Source of the DNA: an uncultured Actinomycetota bacterium
GTDB taxonomy: Bacteria; Actinomycetota; Actinomycetes; Propionibacteriales; Nocardioidaceae
NCBI GenBank assembly: GCA_963785115.1
Contig: CAWATY010000007.1
Location: forward strand, 192,408 to 256,407
Length of the DNA stretch: 64,000 nucleotides
Direction: 5' to 3'
A program made the translations under genes and the position numbers. The notes beneath the pieces are model-generated. The model ran no database searches, was not told where the DNA came from, and saw only the letters and a program-made list of their open reading frames with translations. Below, one piece after another: positions 54,212 through 63,778 of the stretch (position 1 is the first letter of the stretch; every line of letters begins with the position of its first letter).

Positions 54212-55801
54212 ATGAGCCATCGCCGCGCCGCCGCCGTTCCCTGCCTCGCTCTCACCGCCCTGCTGGTCTCCGGCACCAGTGCCTGCACCGACTCCGGCGG
54301 GCGCGGCTCCGACCCGGTCAGCGACCCCCGGTCGTACGTGCGCGACTACGACAGCGACCAGGACGGCGACCTCGCGTACGCAATCCCCGACATGGCCAGC
54401 GGGGACTCCGGCGGTGTCTCGGAGCCGCCGATGCCGCCCGGCCTGCTGGAGGACAACACCTTCGTCGACGAGGGCCAGAGCGGTTTCGTCGACGCGACCG
54501 AAGACCCGTTGTCCACCTTCGGCCTCGACGTCGACACGGGCTCGTGGTCCACCGGCCAGCTGCTGCTGGCGGAGGGTCATCGCCCGCCACCCGCGTCGAT
54601 CCGTGCCGAGGAGTGGGTCAACGCCTTCGAGCCCGGTTACCCCGAGCCGTCCGGCACCGACCTCGGACTCACGGTCGACGGTGCCCCGGCGCCGCACGCC
54701 GACGACGGCACGGTGCTGGTCCGGGTAGGCGTGCAGGGACGCGCGGTCGACGACGCCGACCGACCGCCGGTGGCGCTGACGTTCGTCGTCGACACCTCTG
54801 GCTCCATGGACATCCGCAACCGGCTCGGGCTGGTGCAGTCGTCGTTGGCCCTGCTGGTCAACGCGCTGCGTCCCGGCGACTCGATCGGCATCGTCACGTA
54901 CAGCACGAGGGCCGAGGTCGTGCTCGAGCCGACCCGCGTGGCCGATGCCGACGAGATCGTCGACGCGATCGACGAGCTGCGACCGAGCGGCAGCACCAAC
55001 ATGGCGGGCGGACTGCGACGCGGCTACGAGCTGGCCGAGCAGGCGTACGTCGAGGGCGGCCTCAACACCGTCGTGCTCGCCTCCGACGGGGTCGCGAACG
55101 TCGGCACCACCGACCCGGCCGACCTGGCGGCCAGCGTGCAGGACCGCGCCGAGCAGGGCATCCACCTCGCGACGGTGGGCTACGGGATGGGCAACTACAA
55201 CGACCACACGATGGAGCAGCTCGCCGACGGCGGTGACGGCTTCTACTCCTACGTCGACACGTTTGCCGAGGCCGAGCGGCTGTTCGTCGACGACCTCGGC
55301 TCGCTGCTCACCGTGGTCGCGGACGACGCGAAGGCGCAGGTCTCCTTCGACCCCGAGCTGGTCGAGGACTACCGGCTGGTCGGCTACCGCAACCGCGCCC
55401 TCTCCGACGGGGCGATCGACGACCCCGACGCCGACGCGGGCGAGATCGGCGCCGGGCACTCGGTCACGGCGCTGTACGAGCTGCGGCTGGCCGCGGGCGT
55501 ACCGGCGGGCACCGAGGTGGGGACCGTCGACCTGCGCTGGACGTCGACAGCCGACCGCGCGGCCGCGCAGCTCCAGGCACCGGTGATCGTGCCCGAGCCC
55601 GACGCCGCGACCGACGGGTCGCTCGGTGTCGCGGCGACTGCGGCCTCCCTGGCCGAGCTGCTGCGCGGCGACACCGTCGTCGCCGGGCGCGGCGTGACGC
55701 TCGACGACCTCGCGACCGACGCCGCGGCGCTGCAGCAGGCCGGCGCGCCCGGCGCCGACCTGCTGGTCGAGACCGTTCAGGCGGTGCAGCAGGCAGACTG
55801 A
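54212..55801 (+). CDS. von Willebrand factor type A domain lipoprotein (YfbK-like, vWA plus DUF3520-type C-terminus)
   Basis: Lipobox LLVSGTSAC. STFGLDVDTGSW. MIDAS context FVVDTSGSM...SGSTNM...LASDG. Confidence 0.85.
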   Translation: MSHRRAAAVPCLALTALLVSGTSACTDSGGRGSDPVSDPRSYVRDYDSDQDGDLAYAIPDMASGDSGGVSEPPMPPGLLEDNTFVDEGQSGFVDATEDPLSTFGLDVDTGSWSTGQLLLAEGHRPPPASIRAEEWVNAFEPGYPEPSGTDLGLTVDGAPAPHADDGTVLVRVGVQGRAVDDADRPPVALTFVVDTSGSMDIRNRLGLVQSSLALLVNALRPGDSIGIVTYSTRAEVVLEPTRVADADEIVDAIDELRPSGSTNMAGGLRRGYELAEQAYVEGGLNTVVLASDGVANVGTTDPADLAASVQDRAEQGIHLATVGYGMGNYNDHTMEQLADGGDGFYSYVDTFAEAERLFVDDLGSLLTVVADDAKAQVSFDPELVEDYRLVGYRNRALSDGAIDDPDADAGEIGAGHSVTALYELRLAAGVPAGTEVGTVDLRWTSTADRAAAQLQAPVIVPEPDAATDGSLGVAATAASLAELLRGDTVVAGRGVTLDDLATDAAALQQAGAPGADLLVETVQAVQQAD

Positions 55802-55805
55802 GCGC

Positions 55806-57074
55806 GTGGCCCTGCGCATCCTCGCCGCCCGTCCGAGCCAGCAGCTGCTCACGCTGCCGTGGCACCTGCCGCTCGAGGAGTGGCCGGACGACTGCCAGGT
55901 GCCCCTCGCCCGGGGCATCAGCCGGCACATCGTGCGCTTCGTCCGCGTCGACCACGAGGTCTTCGCCGCGAAGGAGACCCGCGAGGCATGGGCCTGGCGC
56001 GAGTACGGCCTGCTGCGCAACCTCCGCCGCCTCGACCTGCCCACCGTCGAGCCGGTCGGCGTGGTGACCGGCCGGGTGACCGAGAACGGCACCGAGCTCG
56101 AGCCGTGCCTGCTGACCCGGCACCTGCCGCACTCGTTGCCCTACCGGGCGCTGTTCTCCCAGCGGCTGCGTCCCGAGACGATCCGCCAGGTCGTCGACGC
56201 GCTCGTGGTGCTGCTCGTGCGACTGCACGTGGAGGGGTTCTGGTGGGGTGACTGCTCGCTGTCCAACACGCTGTTCCGGCGGAGCGCGGGCGAGTTCGCC
56301 GCCTACCTGGTCGACGCCGAGACCGGCGAGCTGCACGAGCGGCTCTCGGACGGGCAGCGCGCCCACGACCTCGACCTGGTCGAGACCAACGTGTTCGGCG
56401 AGCTGCTCGACCTCGAGGCCGGCGGCCTGCTCAGCGAGGAGGTCGACCCACAGGAGCTGGTGGCGCGGGTGCTCGAGCGCTACCAGGCTTTGTGGAGCGC
56501 GCTGACCGGCGTCGAGGAGTTCGACTCCGGGGAGATGTGGCGGATCGAGCAGCGCATGCACGCGCTCAACGAGCTCGGCTTCGACGTCGAGGAGCTGGAC
56601 ATCGTCACCGACTGGGACGGCGCGTCCGTACGCATCCAGCCGGCTGTGGTCGAGGCCGGGCACCACCGTCGGCGGCTGCAGGGACTCACCGGGCTCGACG
56701 TCGAGGAGCCGCAGGCCCGACGACTGCTCAACGACCTGGATGCGTTCTCGGCCAGCCAGGACCTACAGGGTGAGGACCCGATGGTGGTGGCGCACCGCTG
56801 GCTGACGACCGTCTACGAACCGCTCTGGGCGATGGTGCCCGCCGAGTTCCGCGACCGGCTCGAACCGCCCGAGCTGTTCCACGAGGTGCTCGAGCACCGC
56901 TGGTTCATGTCGCAGCAGCAGGGCAAGGAGGTCGACTTCTTCGACGCCGCCCGCGCGTACATCGACGAGCAGCTGCCGCAGCGGTCGCAGACGCTGTCCG
57001 GAGCCGTACCCGCCTCGCTGGAGCCCGGCCTCGAGCCCGCGTTCGGCACCGACGACGACATGATCGACTCATGA
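55806..57074 (+). CDS. DUF4032 domain-containing protein (kinase-fold-like)
   Basis: LTLPWHLPLEEWPDD...RHIVRFVRVDHEVFAAKETREAWAWREYGLLRNL...GFWWGDCSLSNTLF...AYLVDAETGE. Confidence 0.8.
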   Translation: MALRILAARPSQQLLTLPWHLPLEEWPDDCQVPLARGISRHIVRFVRVDHEVFAAKETREAWAWREYGLLRNLRRLDLPTVEPVGVVTGRVTENGTELEPCLLTRHLPHSLPYRALFSQRLRPETIRQVVDALVVLLVRLHVEGFWWGDCSLSNTLFRRSAGEFAAYLVDAETGELHERLSDGQRAHDLDLVETNVFGELLDLEAGGLLSEEVDPQELVARVLERYQALWSALTGVEEFDSGEMWRIEQRMHALNELGFDVEELDIVTDWDGASVRIQPAVVEAGHHRRRLQGLTGLDVEEPQARRLLNDLDAFSASQDLQGEDPMVVAHRWLTTVYEPLWAMVPAEFRDRLEPPELFHEVLEHRWFMSQQQGKEVDFFDAARAYIDEQLPQRSQTLSGAVPASLEPGLEPAFGTDDDMIDS

Positions 57075-57691
57075 GTGACGACCCGCGGACCACGTACGCC
57101 GAGGCGGTCGCCTGGTGGGTCGGCCTGGTCCGCCGCGTCGACACCGACGACAGCATCAGCTGGGACGCGCCGGGGCTCGGCGTCTGGACGGTCCGCGACC
57201 TGGTCGGACACACCAGCCGGTCGCTGCTGACCGTGGAGTCGTACCTGCGGGAGGGACCCGGGCCCGAGGAGGCGCTGTCGGCGGCCGACTACTACGAGGC
57301 GTGCCGCCCCCTGCTGGCCGACGCCGAGGCGGTGGCCGAGCGGGGCCGGCAGGCGGCAGCCGCACTCGGCGCCGAACCGGTGGCTGCGGTCACCGAGATC
57401 GTCGACCGGGTGTTGCCGCTGGTCGCCGCCGCTGGCGTCGACGCATACATCGCCTCGCCCGTGGGTGACCTGTGGCTCGCTGACTACCTGCAGACCCGGA
57501 TCCTCGAGCTGGTCGTGCACGGCTGCGACCTCGCCGCGGCGTGCGCGCTCACCGCCGACGTGCCGGAGGCGGCGGCTGCCGCCGTCGGGGCACTGGCCGG
57601 ACGGCTCGCGGCCCGGGGCGGTACCGCCGGCGACCTGCTGCTCGCCGCCACCGGACGGCGCGCCCTGCCGCCCGGGTTCACCGTGCTCTGA
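57071..57691 (+). CDS. maleylpyruvate isomerase N-terminal/DinB-like, mycothiol-dependent enzyme family (TIGR03083-like)
   Basis: ATGA overlap. WTVRDLVGHTSRSL...LELVVHGCDLA. Confidence 0.7.
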   Translation: MSDDPRTTYAEAVAWWVGLVRRVDTDDSISWDAPGLGVWTVRDLVGHTSRSLLTVESYLREGPGPEEALSAADYYEACRPLLADAEAVAERGRQAAAALGAEPVAAVTEIVDRVLPLVAAAGVDAYIASPVGDLWLADYLQTRILELVVHGCDLAAACALTADVPEAAAAAVGALAGRLAARGGTAGDLLLAATGRRALPPGFTVL

Positions 57692-57713
57692 GCGGTGACG
57701 GGCGGCCGCCCGC

Positions 57714-58112
57714 TCACCAACGCAGCCCGGCCCCGGTGAGGGTCAGCTCGACGTCGGTGCGGGAGTCATGCCCCAGCGGCACGGACGGCTCGGGGTCGCA
57801 GGGGCACACGGCGTGCCACGCCTCGAGGAGGGTCGCGTCGTAGGCCAGCCGGAGCGCGCGGACGTGGTGTGCCTTGGCCGACACCCGCCCGGACTCGACC
57901 GCCTGCAGCTCGGCGGCCAGCCGACGCAGCCGGGCGGAGAGCTCCTCGATCGGCGGGCCGGAGGCTGCGGGATGGCGACGGACCCGGCGCTCCACCAGCT
58001 GGTCAGGCAGCCACCGGATGGCGTACCAGCCACCGAGCACGACCCCGACCCCGACGGCCAGGGAGATGACGTCGTCCACCACGGTGAGCCTCTCCGGCCT
58101 CCATCGTGCCAC
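57714..58112 (-). CDS. hypothetical membrane protein
   Basis: 132-aa ORF with one N-terminal TM segment (VISLAVGVGVVLGGWYAI) and a helical remainder. Confidence 0.45.
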   Translation of the reverse strand: MARWRPERLTVVDDVISLAVGVGVVLGGWYAIRWLPDQLVERRVRRHPAASGPPIEELSARLRRLAAELQAVESGRVSAKAHHVRALRLAYDATLLEAWHAVCPCDPEPSVPLGHDSRTDVELTLTGAGLRW

Positions 58113-58160
58113 CGGTCCGCCGACCGTGGGCCCCGACTGCGTGAGCGGGACCCGCGGCGG

Positions 58161-58388
58161 TCACACCGGGACGGCCTGGCGACTCCCCACCGCCGCCCAG
58201 ACCCAGTGGGCCAGGTCCACCACCCGCGGGCCGGGCCGCGCGAGCGCGAGGGCAGCGCCGTCCGGGGCAGCAGGGTCGGCTGCCAGGGCGTCGGCGGCGC
58301 GCAGCGCCGTCTCCAGCGTTCGCGAGCCCGGCCGCGGGTTGCCGCACAGCACGGTGACGGGACCGGCGGCGGCCGTGGTGGGGACCAC
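58161..58388 (-). pseudogene. N-terminal remnant of an NAD(P)H-dependent FMN reductase
   Basis: VTVLCGNPRPGSRTLETALRAADAL...VVDLA matches the first ~60 residues of the family. The ORF stops at 75 aa, and only ~50 bp remain before the next gene. Confidence 0.4.
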
Positions 58389-58443
58389 GATTAAAATTAT
58401 CGTGAGTCACTCAACTTGATGCAAGAACCGTTTCCGGCGTGGC

Positions 58444-59598
58444 TCAGCGGCGGTGCTCGGCGAGCAGGTGGCGGGCGATCACCAGGCGCTGCACCTGGTT
58501 GGTGCCCTCGAAGATCTGGGTCACCTTGGCCTCGCGCATGAACCGCTCGACCGGGTAGTCGCTGGTGTACCCGTAGCCGCCGAGGACCTGCACGGCGTCG
58601 GTCGTGACCCGCATGGCCGCGTCGGTGGCGACCAGCTTGGCCACCGAGGCCTGCCGGCTGAACGGACGCCCGGCGTCGCGCAGCCGGGCCGCGTGCAGGT
58701 AGCACGCGCGCGCCGACTCCACCGCCGCCTCCATGTCGGCGAGCAGGAACTGCAGGCCCTGGAAGTCGGCGACCGGCCGCCCGAACTGCTCCCGACCGAC
58801 CGCGTACGCCGCCGCGACGTCGAGGGCTGCCTGTGCCAGCCCGGTCGCGCAGGCGGAGATGCCGAGCCGCCCGGAGTCCAACGCGGCAAGGGCGATCCGC
58901 ATCCCCGCGCCCTCGCCGCCGATCAGCTGCTGGGAGGGGACCCGCACCTCCTCGAGCAGCACCTGCGTCGTGGTCGAGCCGGTGAGGCCCATCTTCTTCT
59001 CGGGCGCACCGAACGCGAGCCCGTCGCTGTTCGCGGACACCTGGAAGGCCGAGATCCCGCGGGTGCGATCGGGCGAGGTGCGCGCGAACACGAGGTAGAA
59101 GTCGGCCTCGCCGCCGTGGGTGATCCAGGCCTTGGTGCCGCTGAGCAGGTAGTCGTCGCCGTCGGGCACCGCCTTGGTGGCCATCGCGGCGATGTCGGAG
59201 CCGGCCTGCGGCTCGGACAGGCAGTAGGCGCCGAGCTGGGAGCCGCCGAGCATCTCGGGCAGCAGCCGCTTGCGCTGCTCGTCGTCGCCGTACGTCGCGA
59301 GGGCCCAGCACGCCAGCGAGTGCACCGACACCCCGACGCCGACGCTCATCCAGGCGCCGGCGATCTCCTCCAACGCCTGCAGGTAGACCTCGTACGGCTG
59401 GTCGCCGCCGCCGTGCTCCTCGGGATAGGGCAGCGCCAGCAACCCAGCCTCGCCGAGCAACCGGAACACGTCGCGCGGGAACGTGCTCGTCGCCTCGTCG
59501 GCGGCCGCTCGCGGTGCCAGTCGCTCGGCCGCGATCTCGCGGGTCAGCGCGAGGAGGTCATGGGCCTCCTCGGTGGGAAGCAGACGCTCGACGGCCAT
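58444..59598 (-). CDS. acyl-CoA dehydrogenase
   Basis: MAVERLLPTEEAHDLLALTREIAAERL...GAYCLSEPQAGSD...WITHG...GGYGYTSDYPVERFMREAKVTQIFEGTNQVQRLVIAR. Confidence 0.92.
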   Translation of the reverse strand: MAVERLLPTEEAHDLLALTREIAAERLAPRAAADEATSTFPRDVFRLLGEAGLLALPYPEEHGGGDQPYEVYLQALEEIAGAWMSVGVGVSVHSLACWALATYGDDEQRKRLLPEMLGGSQLGAYCLSEPQAGSDIAAMATKAVPDGDDYLLSGTKAWITHGGEADFYLVFARTSPDRTRGISAFQVSANSDGLAFGAPEKKMGLTGSTTTQVLLEEVRVPSQQLIGGEGAGMRIALAALDSGRLGISACATGLAQAALDVAAAYAVGREQFGRPVADFQGLQFLLADMEAAVESARACYLHAARLRDAGRPFSRQASVAKLVATDAAMRVTTDAVQVLGGYGYTSDYPVERFMREAKVTQIFEGTNQVQRLVIARHLLAEHRR

Positions 59599-59603
59599 GC
59601 CGG

Positions 59604-60464
59604 TCAGGGTAGGTGACCGCCGCCGCGCGGGGTCGGTCTGCTCCACGGCGACACCGGGCGGGGACGCAGCTCGCCGTCGACGGTGATGTCGACGTGCTCG
59701 TTGAAGAAGGCGACCATGTCCTTGACCGGCGCCGCATCGGGGAACGGTTCGCGATAGGTCCAGCAGACGTCGATCTCGCCGTCACGGGTCGCCACTGCCC
59801 AGTAGTCGGCGAACCCCTTGTACGCGCACACCGTCCGGCTGGTGCTGGACAGCAGCGCCTCGATCCGCACGTCCTCAGCGGGCAGGTACCACCGCGGCGG
59901 CAGCATGGTCTCGACGAGCACCGACGGGTGGTGGCTTTCCGCCAGCAGGACACCCTCGCTCTCGACCCGGACGTGTCGGGCCGTGCGCCGGACGTCGATG
60001 CGCTTGAACGGGTCGCGGGCGTGTCCCACGGCCGGCTCCTCCTCCTCGAGCCAGCGGTCGAAGGCACTGAAGTCCAGCACCACGTGTCCGGGGAGGTCGG
60101 CGTCCTCGAGCCGGAAAGCACGCCCCTCCCGCCAGCGGCCTCCGATCTCGACGGCCAGCTCCTCGCCGGGCGCGGTGTGCAGCCGGAACATCCCCGGCGG
60201 GAGCATCCGCAGCCCGGGGATGACCTCCGCGGAGTGGTCCGCGTATTCGGGCGGCGGCCGACGGATCGGCCGCAGTCCGATACGCACATCCTGCTCCGGC
60301 ACCGCGTAGTAGGGCACCATGCGGCCCGGCTCCCACACCACCTGCGCCCGGTAGGAGTCGACGGCCAGCCGGTCACCGTCGAAGGCGCGCAGCCGCACGT
60401 CCATCGGTTCGTGCAGCAGCACGTCACGCGTGCCCAGCCAGGCCAAGCCTGCTCGTCGTGCCAT
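59604..60464 (-). CDS. DUF427 domain-containing protein (two DUF427 repeats)
   Basis: The pattern LAVDSYRAQVVWEPGRMVPYYAVPEQDV recurs as LLAESHHPSVLVETMLPPRWYLPAEDV, plus CAYKGFADYW. The start may instead be the internal M at 60404. Confidence 0.75.
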   Translation of the reverse strand: MARRAGLAWLGTRDVLLHEPMDVRLRAFDGDRLAVDSYRAQVVWEPGRMVPYYAVPEQDVRIGLRPIRRPPPEYADHSAEVIPGLRMLPPGMFRLHTAPGEELAVEIGGRWREGRAFRLEDADLPGHVVLDFSAFDRWLEEEEPAVGHARDPFKRIDVRRTARHVRVESEGVLLAESHHPSVLVETMLPPRWYLPAEDVRIEALLSSTSRTVCAYKGFADYWAVATRDGEIDVCWTYREPFPDAAPVKDMVAFFNEHVDITVDGELRPRPVSPWSRPTPRGGGHLP

Positions 60465-60525
60465 CGGACGACTGTCGGACGGACGCGAGCACGCGTCAAG
60501 GCCGAGAGGGATGAATTCACCTTGG

Positions 60526-60537
60526 ACTTATATAAGT
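60526..60537. promoter_or_regulatory. perfect 12-bp palindrome ACTTATATAAGT inside a TTGGAC-17nt-GATAGT promoter (probable ArsR operator)
   Basis: Read directly in the AT-rich stretch 60511-60558, immediately upstream of the ArsR start. Confidence 0.55.
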
Positions 60538-60558
60538 ATCCACTGATAGTATCACGGC

Positions 60559-60924
60559 ATGCACGCGTTCGACGTCCTGGGCGACCCGGTCCGGCGCCGG
60601 ATCCTCGAGCTGCTGGCCGACGGCGAGCAGCCGGCGGGTCAGGTGACTGCGGTCGTGCAGGACGAGTTCGGCATCTCGCAACCCGCGGTGTCGCAGCACC
60701 TGCGGGTGCTGCGGGACAGCGGCTTCGCCACCGTGCGACCGGACGGCGCCCGACGGCTGTACGCGGTCGACTCGGCACCGTTGCGCGACGTCGATGCGTG
60801 GCTCGACCCGTTCCGGCGGTTCTGGACCCCGCACCTGGACGCGCTCGGCACCGAGCTGGCGCGCGGCAGGCGGCAGCGCCGGACCCGTACCGACGACCCA
60901 GCAGCCACCAGGAGGAAGCAGTGA
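60559..60924 (+). CDS. ArsR/SmtB-family transcriptional regulator
   Basis: MHAFDVLGDPVRRRILELLADGEQPAGQVTAVVQDEFGISQPAVSQHLRVLRDSGFATVRPDGARRLY. Confidence 0.9.
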   Translation: MHAFDVLGDPVRRRILELLADGEQPAGQVTAVVQDEFGISQPAVSQHLRVLRDSGFATVRPDGARRLYAVDSAPLRDVDAWLDPFRRFWTPHLDALGTELARGRRQRRTRTDDPAATRRKQ

Positions 60925-61571
60925 TCGACGTCGCTCACCAGATCGAGGCAGTCCGCCGCGAGGTCGGGAGCCGGGTGCTCGAGGCCGGCGAAGCGCGGAC
61001 GGTGACCGTGAGCCAGACCTACCCGGCGAGCGTCGACGACGTCTGGGACGCCTGCACCAACGCCGAACGCATCCCGCGGTGGTTCCTGCCGGTCGCCGGC
61101 GACCTGCGCCTCGGCGGGCGCTACCAGCTCGAGGGCAACGCGGGCGGCGTGATCGAGACCTGCGACCCGCCGCACGGGTTCACCGCGACGTGGGAGTACG
61201 GCGGCGACGTCAGCTGGATCGAGCTGCGACTGTCGGCGACGGACGGCGGCACCAGGTTCGAGCTCGTCCACGTCGCGCACGTCGACGACGAGCGGTGGAC
61301 CGAGTTCGGTCCTGGTGCCGTCGGCGTCGGCTGGGACCTCGGGCTGCTGGGACTGGCCGGCCACCTCACGCCCGGTCCGACGGTGAAGCCCGACGAGGCC
61401 CCCGCCTGGATGGCGACCGACGAGGGTCGTCGGTTCATGCAGCTGAGCGCCGAGCGGTGGGGCGACGCCGACGCCGCCTCCGGGGTGCCACCCGACGTCG
61501 CCAGCGCTTCCGCCCGCCGCACCGCTGCCGCCTACACCGACAGCTCGGTCGACCCGGCCGCTGACGGCTAG
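60921..61571 (+). CDS. SRPBCC-family protein (AHSA1/Aha1-like)
   Basis: GTGA overlap. VSQTYPASVDDVWDACTNAERIPRWFLPVAGDLRLGGRYQLEGNAGG... Confidence 0.8.
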   Translation: MIDVAHQIEAVRREVGSRVLEAGEARTVTVSQTYPASVDDVWDACTNAERIPRWFLPVAGDLRLGGRYQLEGNAGGVIETCDPPHGFTATWEYGGDVSWIELRLSATDGGTRFELVHVAHVDDERWTEFGPGAVGVGWDLGLLGLAGHLTPGPTVKPDEAPAWMATDEGRRFMQLSAERWGDADAASGVPPDVASASARRTAAAYTDSSVDPAADG

Positions 61572-63586
61572 TTGGCCAGCAGGGTCACCGCCACCCTTCC
61601 GTGCCCCAACGCGCCCCGGAGTCGGAGCAGGTGTGGCGGTCGGTGTGACGCCCAGATCCCCTCGCCGGTGATCCGGCCGTCACGGCCGTGTGGCCCCCGC
61701 ACCCGCACCCGCCATGTCAGCTCGTCGGAGGCGTACACCAGCGTCGACCGGCCCGAGACCACGACGTCGCGGGCGAGCCGGACCCGGTCCAGACGTACCA
61801 CCGCGTGGTCGGAGGCGGTGTAGTCGTAGCTGAACGTCCCGCCGCGGAGACCGTGGGCCTCGCCGACGGCGTCGGGGGTCTGGAGGCTCAACAACCACGC
61901 ATCCTGAACCGTGCGAGCGGCCACCGTCGCGACCCGCCGGTCGAGCCGCGGGGCATGGTTCGCCGGCAGGGCAGCGGCCGGGCGCGCGCCCCGCGCCAGC
62001 AGCGGGAAGTCCGACGAGGCCCGGAACGGGAAGTTGGGGGTATCGGCGCAGCTCGTGTCCCCGGTCTCCAGCGTGCGCAGGAACCGCACGGTGATCTGGA
62101 CGGAGCAGGGTCCCGCGAACACGGTGGTGTGTCCCGCACCCGCGATGCGGACCCGGTCGGCAGCGGTGAGCACGCGCCGGACGCCTCCCGCCAGTGAGGC
62201 AGGGGTCGTGGGATCGAGCTCACCGCTCAGCAGCAACGCCGGCACGTCCGACGTCGCCCCCGGCCGCACCGCCGGCACGAAGCGGTCCGGGGCCGGGTAG
62301 CCGATGCACAGGTCCGGCGGGTAGATGCTGGTCAACGCGCGCGGGGCGAACGGGGCGTACTGCTGCTGGGGCAGCCCCTCGAGGGACTCGGCGTACTTCT
62401 CGCGGCGGACGGGCCGCGGGTCGGTCCGGTCCCAAGCAGGGTTCATGTCGTTGCAGAACGCCGCGGCGTTGGCCCCGTTGGAGAAGACTCGATTCGGGTC
62501 GTCGCCGGGCAGCCAGGTGAGCGGATTCTGCGCTCCGAGCCGGAGCAGCGGCTTGGCGTCGCCGTGCCGCAGCGCGTCCGCGACGGCGGCCAGCTCGGCC
62601 GGGGCGTCCTCGTCCGCCGTGACCAGCCAGGCCAGCACCCGCTCGCTGACCCGCACGTGCCGTCGAACGCCGGTCAGGTCGTGGGCGTACCCCACGACCG
62701 GCCGCTGGCGCACCCGCGCGGCCAGGTAGTCGAGCGCCCGCTCCGCACGGGGCTGCTCCTGCGCGCAGGCGGGGGCGCGGCGACAGTGCACCGCCGCCGC
62801 GTGGTCGGCGACCGGCCCCGACCCGTAGGCGTACATCCACGGCTGTGGGTTGCCGCGGACCGGGATGGGCGAGTCGGCCACCACGGCGCGGACGCGCTCG
62901 GGGAAGCGAGTGGCGTAGGCCTGCTGCTCGACGGTGCCGTACGAGGCGGCCCAGTAGCTGAAGCGCGGGATGTCGAGAGCCTGTCGCACCGCCTCGAGGT
63001 CGAGGGCCACGTCGCCGCTGCCGTAGCGGTCCGCGGCGTCGCCGAGCTGGCGGCCGCAGGCTCCGTACGAGCGGATGAACTCCTGCCGGGAGTCGACGTC
63101 GGCCATCACGCCGGTGCAGTCGATGAGCCCGGACCGCCCGGTGCCCCGGCGGTCCACGAGCAACAGGTCGCGGTGCGCCAGCAGCGGTTGGAGGATGAAC
63201 GAGACCACGAACCGGAAGTTGTCCGCGCTGGAGGCGCCGCCGGGGCCACCGGCCGTCGCCAGCAGCACGTCGTTGCGCGCCGGGCCGGGGTCGCTGTGCG
63301 GCAGGTACATGAAGCCGATCCGCAGCGTGCCTTGCGACGGGTCGGCGCGGTCGAGGGGCACCGGCACCCGCCCGCACAGCCACGCCGGGTCGACCTGGCA
63401 CGGGTGCATGTCGACCCCCGGACGGTGCACCAGCCGGTCCACCGACCCCACCGGGAGGTCGGCGGTCACGGACCGGGCATCGGCGCGCCACGGCGGGTCA
63501 GCGCGGCCGGCGCCCGCGGGTGCCGGTGCGAGAAGGGTGGCTGCAGCGACGGCGACCACGGTGATGACGACGATGCGAGACCTCAC
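61568..63586 (-). CDS. secreted alpha/beta hydrolase (S33 tripeptidyl-aminopeptidase-like) with extra C-terminal domain
   Basis: Signal peptide MRSRIVVITVVAVAAATLLAPAPAGA. LLVDRRGTGRSG. Nucleophile elbow YWAASYGT. LLLSGELDPTTP. GAGHT. Confidence 0.82.
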   Translation of the reverse strand: MRSRIVVITVVAVAAATLLAPAPAGAGRADPPWRADARSVTADLPVGSVDRLVHRPGVDMHPCQVDPAWLCGRVPVPLDRADPSQGTLRIGFMYLPHSDPGPARNDVLLATAGGPGGASSADNFRFVVSFILQPLLAHRDLLLVDRRGTGRSGLIDCTGVMADVDSRQEFIRSYGACGRQLGDAADRYGSGDVALDLEAVRQALDIPRFSYWAASYGTVEQQAYATRFPERVRAVVADSPIPVRGNPQPWMYAYGSGPVADHAAAVHCRRAPACAQEQPRAERALDYLAARVRQRPVVGYAHDLTGVRRHVRVSERVLAWLVTADEDAPAELAAVADALRHGDAKPLLRLGAQNPLTWLPGDDPNRVFSNGANAAAFCNDMNPAWDRTDPRPVRREKYAESLEGLPQQQYAPFAPRALTSIYPPDLCIGYPAPDRFVPAVRPGATSDVPALLLSGELDPTTPASLAGGVRRVLTAADRVRIAGAGHTTVFAGPCSVQITVRFLRTLETGDTSCADTPNFPFRASSDFPLLARGARPAAALPANHAPRLDRRVATVAARTVQDAWLLSLQTPDAVGEAHGLRGGTFSYDYTASDHAVVRLDRVRLARDVVVSGRSTLVYASDELTWRVRVRGPHGRDGRITGEGIWASHRPPHLLRLRGALGHGRVAVTLLAN

Positions 63587-63738
63587 GGCAAACCACCCAC
63601 TCCCAGCGGCCCACCCTGCGCAGCAGGATGCTGCACCGGTGCGGTGGACTCCGCAAACAGATTCACCTGGCGAACGCGCGTACCGGTCCCAAAGGTTGGA
63701 GCCCTGGGACAGGAAGTTTCCGCGGGCTCCGCCGCGCC

Positions 63739-63778
63739 GGCGTCAGCCCCGGCGTCAGCCCCGGCGTCAGCCCCGGCG
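63739..63778. repeat. 12-nt tandem repeat ggcgtcagcccc x3.3
   Basis: Direct reading. The third unit contains the last codons and stop of the rlmB-like gene. Confidence 0.9.
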
